64,000 nt of DNA from Candidatus Latescibacterota bacterium (GTDB taxonomy: Bacteria; Latescibacterota; UBA2968; GCA-2709665): assembly GCA_965219995.1 (NCBI GenBank), contig CBDCOX010000002.1, positions 4,160,001 to 4,224,000 on the forward strand, in the 5' to 3' direction. Positions 1 to 10,070 of the stretch are shown piece after piece. The notes beneath the pieces were generated by a model. It had not been told where the DNA came from. It did no database searches and worked only from the letters and a program-made list of their open reading frames with translations. Within the stretch, counting starts at the first letter, position 1. Each line of letters begins with the position of its first letter. The translations under genes and the position numbers were made by a program.

Positions 1-38
1 ATTGAAACCCATCGCTTTGCGAGGTCCGACAGAGGCCA

Positions 39-800
39 ATGGCGAACCCAATGCACCTTTCAGCAACCGGACTCTCGCTCGGCTATGGGACCGAGACCGT
101 AGCTGAAGACGTCGCGTTCAACCTTGCGCTCGGCGACGTACTCGGCGTTGTCGGTCACAACGGATCGGGAAAAACGACCCTGATCAAAACACTGTTGGGC
201 ACCTTGCCGCCGCTTGCTGGCGCGCTCAGCTTTCCCGCCGGGCGGCCTCGGACAATTGCCTATCTGGGCCAGCAGACCGAATTCGACAGCCGCTTTCCCA
301 TCCGGGTCCGCGACGTGGCGGAAATGGGCTCTTGGCCCAACCTGGGGTTTCTCGGTCGAATCGATACTGCGTGCAGGGCTCGAGTCAGGCGTGCGCTCGA
401 GCGCACGGGCACCGCCGAGATCGCCGACTTGCCCTTGCACAAACTGTCCGCGGGTCAGCTGCAGCGGGCGCTGTTTGCCCGGACTATGGTTCAGGATGCG
501 TCGCTGATCCTGCTGGATGAGCCGTTCACGGCCGTCGACCAGACAACGGAAGCGGCTCTGCTGACGCTGATCGATGACTGGGCCGCGGAAGGACGTACAA
601 TCATCCTGGTTCTGCACGACCTTTCCGCCGTTCTGCAGCATTGCACCTCAGCGCTTCTCCTGGGAGGTGGCCGCGCGCTCTTCGGTGCCCCGAAGACAAC
701 ACTCACGCCCGACAATCTGGTCGATCACCGGTACCTTTCGCAAAGTCAGGCCGCCTGGATCGGAGACATGTACTCGCAATCGAAAGCAGACGATGCTTGA
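39..800 (+). CDS. Zn/Mn ABC transporter ATP-binding subunit (ZnuC/AztA-like)
   Basis: Walker A GHNGSGKT, signature LSAGQLQR, Walker B LILLDEP, H-loop VLHD; first gene of an ABC operon. Confidence 0.92.
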   Translation: MANPMHLSATGLSLGYGTETVAEDVAFNLALGDVLGVVGHNGSGKTTLIKTLLGTLPPLAGALSFPAGRPRTIAYLGQQTEFDSRFPIRVRDVAEMGSWPNLGFLGRIDTACRARVRRALERTGTAEIADLPLHKLSAGQLQRALFARTMVQDASLILLDEPFTAVDQTTEAALLTLIDDWAAEGRTIILVLHDLSAVLQHCTSALLLGGGRALFGAPKTTLTPDNLVDHRYLSQSQAAWIGDMYSQSKADDA

Positions 801-1641
801 GTGGCTCCACTACGCGTTCATGGTCCGAGCACTGACCGCGACGACGGTGTTGAGTATCTCCGTCGCCCCGGTCGGAGCATTCCTGGTGCTCAGGCGTCTG
901 TCGCTCGCCGGCGAGGCGATGGCTCACGCCATTGTACCGGGAATCGTCATCGCTTTCGTGATTGCCGGTCTGTCGGTGGGATCCATGATCATCGGCGGGT
1001 TGGCCGCCGGTATCACCATCGCCGCGCTGACCGGCCTGCTCGCCCGTATGACAATCATCCGCGAGGATGCGAGTCTGGCGTCGCTCTATCTCGTGGCCCT
1101 TGCTCTTGGCATCTTCATCCTGTCCGCCGCAGGCTCGGCGGTGCCGCTGAAGAGTTTCCTGTTCGGTTCGATCCTTGGAATTGACGACGAAACCCTCATT
1201 CTGATCGGGACGACGGCTACAATCACTCTGGTGAGCTTTGCGCTGATCCTCAGGCCGCTGATCATCAATACAATCGATCCAGTCTTCCATGAGAGCCAGT
1301 CCAGGCGCCCTGTCCTCGTGACTCACTGGTTCATGTTTCTGGTCGTGCTCAATCTGTTGGGCGCCTTCAGGGCCCTCGGCACGCTGATGGCGGTCGGGTT
1401 GATGATCCTGCCAGCGACAGCGGCACGTTATTGGGTCTCGACAATCACCAGCTATCTGATCGTGACCTTCCTGTTCGCGCTGCTGAGCTGCTGGGTCGGG
1501 CTGATCGTTTCGTTCTATCTGCCGGACGTGCCTTCAGGTCCGGCAATCGTGCTGGTTGCGGCGGTCTTTTTCTTTTTCAGCCTGATCTTCGCACCGCAAG
1601 GATTTCATGTCGGCGCACGCCTTAACCCGTACCGCCGCTAA
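793..1641 (+). CDS. Metal ABC transporter permease (ABC-3, ZnuB/AztB-like)
   Basis: ATG at 793 overlaps the upstream gene end; motifs GAFLVLRRLSLAGEAMAHA, LFGSILG and LMILPA; hydrophobic. Confidence 0.92.
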   Translation: MLEWLHYAFMVRALTATTVLSISVAPVGAFLVLRRLSLAGEAMAHAIVPGIVIAFVIAGLSVGSMIIGGLAAGITIAALTGLLARMTIIREDASLASLYLVALALGIFILSAAGSAVPLKSFLFGSILGIDDETLILIGTTATITLVSFALILRPLIINTIDPVFHESQSRRPVLVTHWFMFLVVLNLLGAFRALGTLMAVGLMILPATAARYWVSTITSYLIVTFLFALLSCWVGLIVSFYLPDVPSGPAIVLVAAVFFFFSLIFAPQGFHVGARLNPYRR

Positions 1642-1684
1642 CCCCTTACCATCAACCAAAACGTAATGTAGGGCAAAGAAACCC

Positions 1685-2593
1685 ATGAAAAGACTCTTTC
1701 GCGCACTGCTGATAGCGGTCCTGGCATTGGCCTCAATCCCAGCGGCCGCCAAGGACAAGATAAAGGTTGTCGCCAGCTTCTCCATCCTCTGTGACATGGT
1801 GCGACAGGTCACCGGCGATTTGGCCGATGTGACAACCATTGTCGGCCCGGACGCGGATGCTCACGTTTACACCCCCAATGCGGCCGACGCCAAAGCAGTG
1901 ACAAACGCTGAGGTGATCTTCGTCAACGGTCTGGGATTCGAGACCTGGTCGCAAACCCTGATCGAGACATCCGGCAGCAAGGGCAAGGTGTTCGTCGCAA
2001 CGGAAGGGTTAACGCCTTTGAAGGTTGACGGTGAAATCGACCCGCATGCCTGGAACTCGCTCACGAACGGCATGAAGTATGTCGCCAATATTGCGGACAG
2101 CATGTCGGAAACCGATCCGAAGAACGCGGAAGCATACAAGGCCAACGCCCGCGCCTACACCGCCAGACTCAAGGCATTACACAACCGCGCGCTCGACCAA
2201 CTCAGAGAACTGCCCGCCGACCGGCGAACCGTCGTGACCGCGCACGACGCCTTTGGGTATCTGGAGGCTGCTTATGGGCTCACGTTCCTGGCCCCGGTCG
2301 GAATCGACACCGACGCCGAGCCGTCGGCACGGGACCTCGCCAGGCTGATCGATCACCTGAAAGCGGTCGGCGCCGGCGCCCTGTTCGTTGAGAACATAAC
2401 CAGCCCATCCCTGGTTCAGCAGATCGCGCGCGAAACCGGAATTCAGATCGCTGGCCGGCTGTTCTCCGACGCGCTCTCGGAACGTGGCGGCCCGGCGACC
2501 AGCTACGAGAAGATGTTCGAGCACAATCTGGGAACGCTGATTCAAGCGCTCAGCCAACAATCGCAATTCGCCACAAGAAAAAGGGCGTTCTGA
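1685..2593 (+). CDS. Metal ABC transporter substrate-binding protein (ZnuA/AztC/TroA family)
   Basis: Signal peptide; ligand motifs DAHVY, DPHAW, AHDAFGY and SDAL (H,H,H,D). Confidence 0.93.
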   Translation: MKRLFRALLIAVLALASIPAAAKDKIKVVASFSILCDMVRQVTGDLADVTTIVGPDADAHVYTPNAADAKAVTNAEVIFVNGLGFETWSQTLIETSGSKGKVFVATEGLTPLKVDGEIDPHAWNSLTNGMKYVANIADSMSETDPKNAEAYKANARAYTARLKALHNRALDQLRELPADRRTVVTAHDAFGYLEAAYGLTFLAPVGIDTDAEPSARDLARLIDHLKAVGAGALFVENITSPSLVQQIARETGIQIAGRLFSDALSERGGPATSYEKMFEHNLGTLIQALSQQSQFATRKRAF

Positions 2594-2655
2594 AGGCCAG
2601 CCGATTGAAGTCCGTTATACCGATCCGGCATCCAGCTGCCAAAGGAGGCATACCC

Positions 2656-3036
2656 ATGAGCAACAGACTCACCAGCCAACGCAGCGCCATCGCGAGGGTC
2701 ATTCGCGACGCCCCCGGTCCACTGCGCCCCCTGGGAATCCTGGACCTGGCGTGCCCCTTAGTGCCGACGCTGGGCATTGCGACGGTTTATCGGCAACTCA
2801 GGAGCCTGCAAGACGCAGGTGAGGTGCGCGCCGTGGAATTGGGCGTCAATGATGTGCGCTACGAGCCGACCGACCGGGGCCACCATCACCACTTCCTCTG
2901 TCGTGAGTGCGACGAAGCGTTCGACATCCACGGGTGCCCGGAGGGAATCGCGAAGCTGGCGCCGCCGGGCTTCGAGCTCGAAGAGCACGAGATCACGCTT
3001 TACGGACAATGCCGCGATTGCAGCGCGGGGAAGTGA
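2656..3036 (+). CDS. Fur-family transcriptional regulator (probably Zur-like)
   Basis: RBS AAAGGAGG before ATG 2656; LTSQR, IATVYRQL, HHHHFLCRECD and YGQCRDC motifs. Confidence 0.9.
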   Translation: MSNRLTSQRSAIARVIRDAPGPLRPLGILDLACPLVPTLGIATVYRQLRSLQDAGEVRAVELGVNDVRYEPTDRGHHHHFLCRECDEAFDIHGCPEGIAKLAPPGFELEEHEITLYGQCRDCSAGK

Positions 3037-3168
3037 AACACGTTTGAAAGCGCCTATGGTACAAGGGCGCAACGAGCGGCCTGCGAGATTGAACGGCAGG
3101 CTGGCCTGGAAATGAACAACCGCTTTTCATTGTGATCCTGCGCCCTCGATCGTGAAGGAACGGCGCGG

Positions 3169-3216
3169 ATGTGATAGAGAATAACATTCCTTATTGATAA
3201 TGAGTAATCATTATTA
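3169..3216. promoter_or_regulatory. Fur/Zur-type operator(s) upstream of the TonB receptor
   Basis: ATAATGA-GTAA-TCATTAT inverted repeat resembling the Fur box GATAATGATAATCATTATC, preceded by ATGTGAT-N5-ATAACAT; AT-rich patch in GC-rich DNA. Confidence 0.7.
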
Positions 3217-3253
3217 TTTTCCATGCGCATTTGCGCACACTACAGGAGGAGAA

Positions 3254-5560
3254 ATGCAAGCGTTACGGAAGTTCTGGTTGTTGCTGGGCGCCTCAAGAGT
3301 TCGAGCCATTCCCTTTTCCGCGGCCGTGATCCTCAGCCCCCTGTGCAGTCCTGCCTGGGCCGAGCAAGAAGCGGTCGAGACTGCCGCGGTCGTCTCCGCC
3401 AACCCTGACACGGGCTATTCCTCGCAGGAAACAAGGGTGTATGCCCTGCCTGAGTTGGTCGTCTCCGCCGACCCTGATACGGGCTATTCCTTCACCCACA
3501 GCGGCACGGCTCTTGGGGTTCCCATTCCGTTGGAAGACACACCGCAATCCGTTTTGACGATCAAAAGACAGGTACTCGAAGATCAGCTGGCCACCACCCT
3601 TTGGGACGGCCTGAAGAATGTGAGCGGCGTTTTCAGTCGCGGTACGAATTCGGCAGTCTCCGAAGATTTCGTCATTCGCGGCTTCCGGCTGGATCCCAGG
3701 CGTAACTACTACCACAATGGAGTGCCGTACTACAATCGGTTTGCCGCTGAGCCGGGCAATCTCGAACGGGTGGAGGTGCTCAAGGGCCCGGCCTCCATCC
3801 TCTACGGCGCGATCGAGCCGGGGGGGATTATCAACACCATTACGCCCCAACCGTCTACAACCTCCACGCGCCAGTTGCACCTGAGCGCGGGCAGCTATGG
3901 CCACATCAGCCCCCGGTTTTCGGCGTCCGGTCCGCTCGACAGCGAGGGAAGAGTGCTTTACAGGCTGTACGGCTCCCGATTGACGGCGGAGAGTTTTCGC
4001 GATTTCGTTGAGCAGGATCGCTGGTACGTCAACCCTTCCGTCTACTGGGGCTGGTCTCAATCGACAGCGCTGGAACTGAATCTGGAGTTGTTGCGCGACG
4101 AGAGAACGGCCGATGCCGGCATCGTCGCGATCCTGGATCAGCCTGCGTCGGTACCCATCGATCGCTTCTACGGAGACCCGCTCTACAACAAGGAAACCAT
4201 GAGAAACGGCGCGGTCACCCTGCGCGCCACCCGGAACTGGACTCGCAGCCTGACGCACACGTCGGCCCTCAGCCACTACAAGACCACATGGGATCGCGAG
4301 CAGATGTCGGTTGAAGCCATGCGGGGCGGTGTCGTTGGCCTGCCAGGCGGCGCAGGACATCCGGACAGCGACAGCAACCTGCTCAATCGCGCCATTTACG
4401 ACAACGAGATCTTCTATCGCGAGACCACGATGCGTCACGACCTGAGCTACAAGCAGGCGGGGGGTGCTCTTCGGCATACGCTGCTATTAGGCGTGGCACT
4501 CTCCTTCTACAAAGAGCGTGAAGTGCTCGGCGATCGTGTCCATCGAGAAGGTACGCCGGAAGCGGCGAATGCCGACGCGCTGAAGATCGACATCTACGAT
4601 CCGGAGCCGTATTACGGGCTGACCATTCCCCAGGATTTCGCCCTCTTCCGCAACCGCGAGCGCGAAGAGACCAGTTGGGGTATGTATCTGCAAGACCTGG
4701 TGGAACTCGGCGACCAATGGGTTCTGCTGGGGGGCTTGCGCTATGACGGGGTCGATTTCGACGAACGTACGAACCAGCGCGGTTCCTACAGAACCCACGA
4801 CCGCAGTGACGGCAGTCTGAGCCCGCGCCTGGGCGTCGTCTACAAGCCCGGTGGTGGTCTCTCCCTCTACTCCAGCTACAGCCGCTCTTTCAGACCGAAG
4901 TCGGGCGAGAAGATCTTCGATGAACCGGAGGGCGACGCCACACCGATAACTCCCGATATGGTCGTACCGGTCGACCCCGAGTCGGCGGCGCAATTTGAGG
5001 TGGGAGGGCGGTGGACCGATGCCGGCAACCGCCTGAGCGCGACGCTGGCGCTGTACGATCTGGCACGCACCAATGTAGTCGAAACCAATCCCCGCTACCG
5101 CATTTACCGCGTTCAGATCGGGCGCCAGCGCAGCCGGGGTTTCGATCTCGACCTGACCGCGCAGCCGATCCCCCAACTGCGTGCTATCGCCAGCTATGCG
5201 TATGCGGACGCGCGCGTCGAAAGGGATGCTGACCGCCCCGCGTGGGAGGACAACCATCTCGACAATACGCCCGAACACAGCGCCAGTCTGTGGTGCAACT
5301 ACCGCCATACGACTGGCCTGGCCGTGGGACTGGGCGTGATCTATACCGGAGAGCGCCAGGGCAATCTGGACAATGACTTCCTCCTTGACGACTACGTGCG
5401 GGTCGATGCCACCCTCACCTACCGGCTGCAGACCCTGAGAGTGGATCTGAGCGTCAAAAACCTCACCGACGTGGGGTACTACCAGAACGCATGGCGTCGC
5501 GACCGGATCATGCCCGGAACGCCCAGAAACTTTCTGCTGTCATTCGGCTATAGCCTGTGA
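3254..5560 (+). CDS. TonB-dependent siderophore/metallophore receptor
   Basis: RBS AGGAGGAG; plug motifs DTPQSV and ERVEVLKGPASILYG..PGGIIN; C-terminal NLTD..Y...PGTPRNF. Confidence 0.93.
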   Translation: MQALRKFWLLLGASRVRAIPFSAAVILSPLCSPAWAEQEAVETAAVVSANPDTGYSSQETRVYALPELVVSADPDTGYSFTHSGTALGVPIPLEDTPQSVLTIKRQVLEDQLATTLWDGLKNVSGVFSRGTNSAVSEDFVIRGFRLDPRRNYYHNGVPYYNRFAAEPGNLERVEVLKGPASILYGAIEPGGIINTITPQPSTTSTRQLHLSAGSYGHISPRFSASGPLDSEGRVLYRLYGSRLTAESFRDFVEQDRWYVNPSVYWGWSQSTALELNLELLRDERTADAGIVAILDQPASVPIDRFYGDPLYNKETMRNGAVTLRATRNWTRSLTHTSALSHYKTTWDREQMSVEAMRGGVVGLPGGAGHPDSDSNLLNRAIYDNEIFYRETTMRHDLSYKQAGGALRHTLLLGVALSFYKEREVLGDRVHREGTPEAANADALKIDIYDPEPYYGLTIPQDFALFRNREREETSWGMYLQDLVELGDQWVLLGGLRYDGVDFDERTNQRGSYRTHDRSDGSLSPRLGVVYKPGGGLSLYSSYSRSFRPKSGEKIFDEPEGDATPITPDMVVPVDPESAAQFEVGGRWTDAGNRLSATLALYDLARTNVVETNPRYRIYRVQIGRQRSRGFDLDLTAQPIPQLRAIASYAYADARVERDADRPAWEDNHLDNTPEHSASLWCNYRHTTGLAVGLGVIYTGERQGNLDNDFLLDDYVRVDATLTYRLQTLRVDLSVKNLTDVGYYQNAWRRDRIMPGTPRNFLLSFGYSL

Positions 5561-5586
5561 ATGCGTCCCGTGAGGAGACAAAAGCG

Positions 5587-6360
5587 ATGAACGAGAGCAC
5601 GGCCCCGGGCCGCCGACAGGTGAAGGGACGCTACAAGAAAGGGGTTCGCCGCTGGCATGCCTGGACCTCCATCTTCGCACTGGTCTTCACGGTGCTCGTG
5701 TGCGTGACCGCGATCCTGCTGGAGCACCTCAGTGGCTGGGGCCTGAGCAGCGTCGGAGTGCCCAGCCGGTGGTTTCCCGGCTACCAGACCACCGCCAGTC
5801 GCCTGGGACAGATCAAGTGCGCCCTGCTTGCCGGCAATGAGGAGGTGTACATCGGGACGCGAAAAGGGTTGCTTCACCTGAGTGGGAGCGAAACCCGCAG
5901 CGTTCCGCAGTTGGAGGGCCTGGACATCTTCAACATCGACCAACAGGGAGAGCGCATCCTGGTCGGCACGCGGGAAAGCACCTGGCTCTTCGAGGAGGAG
6001 CAGTGGAAGCGCATTTCCAACTTCAGAGGGGCGGCAACCTTTGCAGAAGATGGTCGCATCGTCCACATACAGGGCAGCAACGGCCTCTTCGTCACCGAGG
6101 ACCTGGGCGCGACCTGGACGGAACTGACGGCCGTGAACGCAACCATGGTGGAAGTCCCCCTTCCCGAGGTCGTCAGCTTCAGCAAGTTGGTTCTGGACCT
6201 GCACACCGGCAAAGCCCTCTTCGGCCCCGAGGGTGAGTGGATCTACGTGGACGCGCTGAGCATCGCCGTCCTGGCACTGGCAATAACGGGTTTCATCATC
6301 CGTCCCGCCTATGTGAAGCTGCGCACGTACCGGCGTAAATCCAGAGGGGAACAAGCATGA
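5587..6360 (+). CDS. PepSY-associated TM domain protein
   Basis: RRWHAWTS-TM at the N terminus and LDLHTGK...TM at the C terminus; directly follows the TBDR. Confidence 0.75.
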   Translation: MNESTAPGRRQVKGRYKKGVRRWHAWTSIFALVFTVLVCVTAILLEHLSGWGLSSVGVPSRWFPGYQTTASRLGQIKCALLAGNEEVYIGTRKGLLHLSGSETRSVPQLEGLDIFNIDQQGERILVGTRESTWLFEEEQWKRISNFRGAATFAEDGRIVHIQGSNGLFVTEDLGATWTELTAVNATMVEVPLPEVVSFSKLVLDLHTGKALFGPEGEWIYVDALSIAVLALAITGFIIRPAYVKLRTYRRKSRGEQA

Positions 6361-6547
6361 ACCTTCGCGTTATCCAGCCGGGCGCATGCTCCTTTTTTGG
6401 GATTGCATCGGAAAAGGGCCCGCGGGACGGAAACCTCGAAAGTACGGCGCGCAGGGGCAAGCCTGCGGTTGGACAGCGAGATGGCAGGTTGATCATCTTC
6501 GAGATCCAGTCGGCGGCCAGAGTTGGCAGTCGATGCAGGAGGAGTCA

Positions 6548-6994
6548 ATGAATCAGGTAAACTTCAACGCACGAACCAGGCGACTGCGCTTCGCCGTTCA
6601 GCAGGGTGAAAGCCTGACAATGCGGCGCACCGGGCCGTTGGGACAGATCATCTTTTGTGAAGGATGTTGTTGTGGTCGAGGCGACAGAGGATTCCCGTCA
6701 TTGCCAAAGGAGATGATCAAGGAGCGGTGGAAGAGGCTCAAGCTCAACGGTACAATCCAGCTCACGATCAGTGGATGCCTGGGCCCGTGCGATCTGGCCA
6801 ACGTCGTTTGTTTGCTAACGAGCAATGGAACCGGACAGTGGTTCGGCGGGCTTTCCGAGCATTGGCAATACGAAATATTCATCCAATGGGCCAGCCAGTG
6901 CCACCAGTCGGGTTCTCTTTTGCCGATTCCGGCGACATTAGACCGCCATCGTTTCGCACGCTTTCCTTCCGTTCCGGTTGCCGCTCAAACATGA
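6548..6994 (+). CDS. Cys-rich thioredoxin-like (2Fe-2S) ferredoxin-domain protein
   Basis: RBS GGAGGAG before ATG 6548; CEGCCCG and SGCLGPC motifs. Confidence 0.7.
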   Translation: MNQVNFNARTRRLRFAVQQGESLTMRRTGPLGQIIFCEGCCCGRGDRGFPSLPKEMIKERWKRLKLNGTIQLTISGCLGPCDLANVVCLLTSNGTGQWFGGLSEHWQYEIFIQWASQCHQSGSLLPIPATLDRHRFARFPSVPVAAQT

Positions 6995-7060
6995 AGCTGC
7001 CTGTATTCCAGCCCCGCCTTGTGGACTTGACCAATCCTCAATTCGGCAGGAGAGAAATCA

Positions 7061-8137
7061 ATGGCTGAAATTCAAGACTTGAAAGAACCTGTTCCGGTAA
7101 CGATTATCAGCGGCTTTTTGGGAGCGGGCAAAACCTCCCTGCTCAACCATATTCTCAGCGCCGACCACGGGTTGCGCGTGGCGGTATTGGTCAACGATTT
7201 TGGAGAGATTAACATTGACGCCGCGTTAGTCTCTGGCGTCTCTGGGGAATCCACCATAAACCTTTCCAACGGGTGTATCTGTTGCTCGATTCGCAACGAC
7301 CTGCTTGAGGCAACGGTTCAACTGATTGAATGCCCAAACCCGCCGGAGTATATCGTCGTTGAAACAAGCGGCGTATCTGACCCTGTGGCGGTTTCACTGA
7401 CCTTTTTGGCTACCGAATTGCAGTCTCGGACGCGAGTGGACAGTGTGCTGACCGTGGTAGATGCGGAGCAGATTTACCTGGTGAACGAGGAGCATCGCAG
7501 ACTCGCAATAGACCAGATCACGATGGCAGATGTCCTGGTGCTAAACAAGCTTGACCTGGTCAATGATGAAAAGCGGGAGGAATTGGCGAACTTTGTCAGA
7601 GACCTCGTTCCGGGAGCGCGTATCCTTCAGGCTACATATGGTAAGATTCCGCTCGATCTGGCACTCGGTGTCGGGACATACGACCCCCAGCGCTTTTCGG
7701 GAAAATCGGGTTTGGACGTTCACATTCATGCTGACGGCGAGGCGCAAGAACACGACCATGCCGACCATACGCTTGTTTTCAATACGTGGTGCTATACGAC
7801 TGACAAACCTCTGTCACGTGGGGCCGTGCGTGACGCGGTGAAGAACTTACCCGCGACCATTTACCGCGCCAAAGGGTTTGTTTACCTCTCCGATGTTCCC
7901 GGTCGGAAGGGAATCGTCCACGTTGCCGGCAAACGGGCGCGTCTGATCATGGGTGAGCCGTGGGGCGACGAGAAACCGGGAACACAGTTGGTTTTTATCG
8001 GTGAGGCAGGTGGAATCGACGATTGCGAATTGCAATCGCGCTTTGATGCGTGCCAAACGGAAAAGGATACTCACCAGGACACATCGTTTGATGCGGCTTT
8101 TGAATTGCTTCGGGAGCTTGGGATTACAGCGAAATAA
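7061..8137 (+). CDS. COG0523/CobW-family G3E GTPase (metallochaperone)
   Basis: GFLGAGKT, VNDFGEINID, GCICC, ETSG and NKLD motifs, His-containing linker, CobW_C (RAKG...LVFIG). Confidence 0.93.
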   Translation: MAEIQDLKEPVPVTIISGFLGAGKTSLLNHILSADHGLRVAVLVNDFGEINIDAALVSGVSGESTINLSNGCICCSIRNDLLEATVQLIECPNPPEYIVVETSGVSDPVAVSLTFLATELQSRTRVDSVLTVVDAEQIYLVNEEHRRLAIDQITMADVLVLNKLDLVNDEKREELANFVRDLVPGARILQATYGKIPLDLALGVGTYDPQRFSGKSGLDVHIHADGEAQEHDHADHTLVFNTWCYTTDKPLSRGAVRDAVKNLPATIYRAKGFVYLSDVPGRKGIVHVAGKRARLIMGEPWGDEKPGTQLVFIGEAGGIDDCELQSRFDACQTEKDTHQDTSFDAAFELLRELGITAK

Positions 8138-8292
8138 ACCGAGTATGGCAAGACCGGCAACCAATACACAGATTCAAATGGAATCTTAACTCCATCAGAC
8201 AATTTCCAGCGGTGCGGTGACGCCTTCCCGTAAAAACTCTCATTGACGCGAGAACGTCATCTCCGTTTTTTCTAAGGGACAAGACACCGACG

Positions 8293-8328
8293 ACCCCTTC
8301 CCCCTTCCGTCAGGAAGGGGGAAGGGGT
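8293..8328. repeat. REP-like perfect hairpin (16-bp stem)
   Basis: ACCCCTTCCCCCTTCC-GTCA-GGAAGGGGGAAGGGGT; related hairpin near 62617. Confidence 0.6.
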
Positions 8329-8448
8329 TCTTTCTCGAAGGCGGTGAGGAGGGGAAAGAGACATTGATTCGGTTCCCGCCCGGAACCGGGTTCCAATGAG
8401 CGAGCGGATTGAAGGGGGCCTGGTGTACATTCTGGAGGTTGATATCAG

Positions 8449-9423
8449 ATGAAAGTCTTGTACCTGAACGTACCGAATATGCTGCAGCCGTGGTACGAAG
8501 ATTTCAGGACTGCGGTCGGCGAGGGGCATACGGTCTGCCTGTACGATCCGGCAAAACCCATGGCGCCGCAGTTTCAGGACGTGGAGGTGGTGGTGGACCA
8601 GGGGGGATCGGTGGGCACCCGGGCCCTGATCGACGCCGCGCTTTCAGCGCGCGTGAAGCTGTGGCAGGTGCTGGGCACGGGGGTGGACCACGTGGACGTG
8701 GCGTATTTCCTCGAGAACGGCCTCACGCTTGCCAATACGCCAGGCCTGTTCAGCGCGGTGGCGCTGGCGGAGCACGCGATGTTCCTGATGCTCCATTTCG
8801 CGAAGCGCTTCGACCAGCACGTCCGGAATATCCGGTCGAAGGCGTTTTACTTTCCACTGAGCGAGGAACTGGCGGGAAAGACGCTGGGTCTGGTGGGGCT
8901 GGGCGCGAGCGGGCAGGCGCTCGCGGCCAGGGCGAAGTCGATGGGGATGCGCATTGCGGCCGTCGACGCGGTGGAGATCCCGCGGGAAAAGCTGGACGAC
9001 CTGGGCGTGGAGGTGTTTGCGGCGCCGCCGGAACTTGAAACCGTGCTCGCGCAGGCGGACTACGTGTCGCTGCACGTGCCGCTGACGTCGAAGACGCGGC
9101 ACCTGATCGACCGGCGGGCGCTGGGGGCGATGAAGCCTTCGGCGGTGCTGATCAACGTGGCCAGGGGCGAAATCGCGGATGAGGCCGCGCTGGTCGATGC
9201 GTTGAGGAGCGGGCGCATCCGGGGTGCAGGGCTGGATGTGTTCGCGGAAGAGCCGTTGCCTCCCGACCATCCGTTCCTGCAACTGTCGAACGTGGTGGCC
9301 ACACCGCATACCGCCGGACAGACCTATGGCACGTCGAGGCGGCGAGGGGAGGCTTGCGCGGAGAACGTGGATCGGATCGCGCGGGGGCTGGAACCGCTGT
9401 ACCGGATTACAGGGGTGGGCTGA
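8449..9423 (+). CDS. D-isomer-specific 2-hydroxyacid dehydrogenase
   Basis: GLVGLGASG, HVPLT, LINVARG, GLDVFAEEP and TPHTAG motifs. Confidence 0.93.
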   Translation: MKVLYLNVPNMLQPWYEDFRTAVGEGHTVCLYDPAKPMAPQFQDVEVVVDQGGSVGTRALIDAALSARVKLWQVLGTGVDHVDVAYFLENGLTLANTPGLFSAVALAEHAMFLMLHFAKRFDQHVRNIRSKAFYFPLSEELAGKTLGLVGLGASGQALAARAKSMGMRIAAVDAVEIPREKLDDLGVEVFAAPPELETVLAQADYVSLHVPLTSKTRHLIDRRALGAMKPSAVLINVARGEIADEAALVDALRSGRIRGAGLDVFAEEPLPPDHPFLQLSNVVATPHTAGQTYGTSRRRGEACAENVDRIARGLEPLYRITGVG

Positions 9424-9569
9424 GGTAGGCGAACGGGATGTTTACTCCGGTACCTGACCGTAATCGCAGCCACCCATACCTCCCGGTTTTTATGCAAATG
9501 GACTTGACAAACCCTGGTGCCTTAATGTACTTTTTCGAGAGTTGCACAAATGAAAATTGAGGGGGAAAT

Positions 9570-10070
9570 ATGGCAGGTATCGCCTTTGCACCAACCGTGA
9601 TGGCATTCAATCCGGGTATGTTAAGCGTTGATATTCCTTGGGTTAGCGGGGAGATTAGAGAAAAAGCCGTCATGTCCTTTGTCAAAATTGTAGGTGAGAT
9701 GAACAGGGATACGAAGCGACATACCGCGTTCCTGAAAAACATCTACAATGAGGCGGTTGAGAATCCCGATAGACTAAAGCACCTGATGCCCTACGAAGAT
9801 ATAAACGCGTCCGTCGAGCATCTGGAAGAATCCGAGGAAAAGTTAAAGAAATGTCTGAAGACGTTCGTCCGGATTCTCAATAGCGCCGGGTCCGAAACTG
9901 ACAACAGGAAGGTAGACGCGCTAAGCACGTTGATAGAGTCCATTAAATCGTTGATCGGTGCGTGCCAGGACCTTCGATGGCATGTGATGATTCACGAGGC
10001 TCAGAACGAACCTGCGTCAGGAATCGTCTGTGAGTCGCCGGAGGAATATCTGAAAAAGCTGTGGGAATGA
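9570..10070 (+). CDS. Hypothetical helical protein, probable antitoxin-like
   Basis: RBS GAGGGGG; TTGACA at 9504; C terminus ESPEEYLKKL resembles antitoxin ends; stop overlaps the ATG of a RelE-like remnant. Confidence 0.6.
   Translation: MAGIAFAPTVMAFNPGMLSVDIPWVSGEIREKAVMSFVKIVGEMNRDTKRHTAFLKNIYNEAVENPDRLKHLMPYEDINASVEHLEESEEKLKKCLKTFVRILNSAGSETDNRKVDALSTLIESIKSLIGACQDLRWHVMIHEAQNEPASGIVCESPEEYLKKLWE

Noticed and set aside
6361-6547. Cobalamin riboswitch, expected near CobW-like genes
   Set aside because: The core GGGAA..GGTG.AA.TCC and GCCCCCGCAACTGT elements were not found; kept only as a generic structured-leader candidate.
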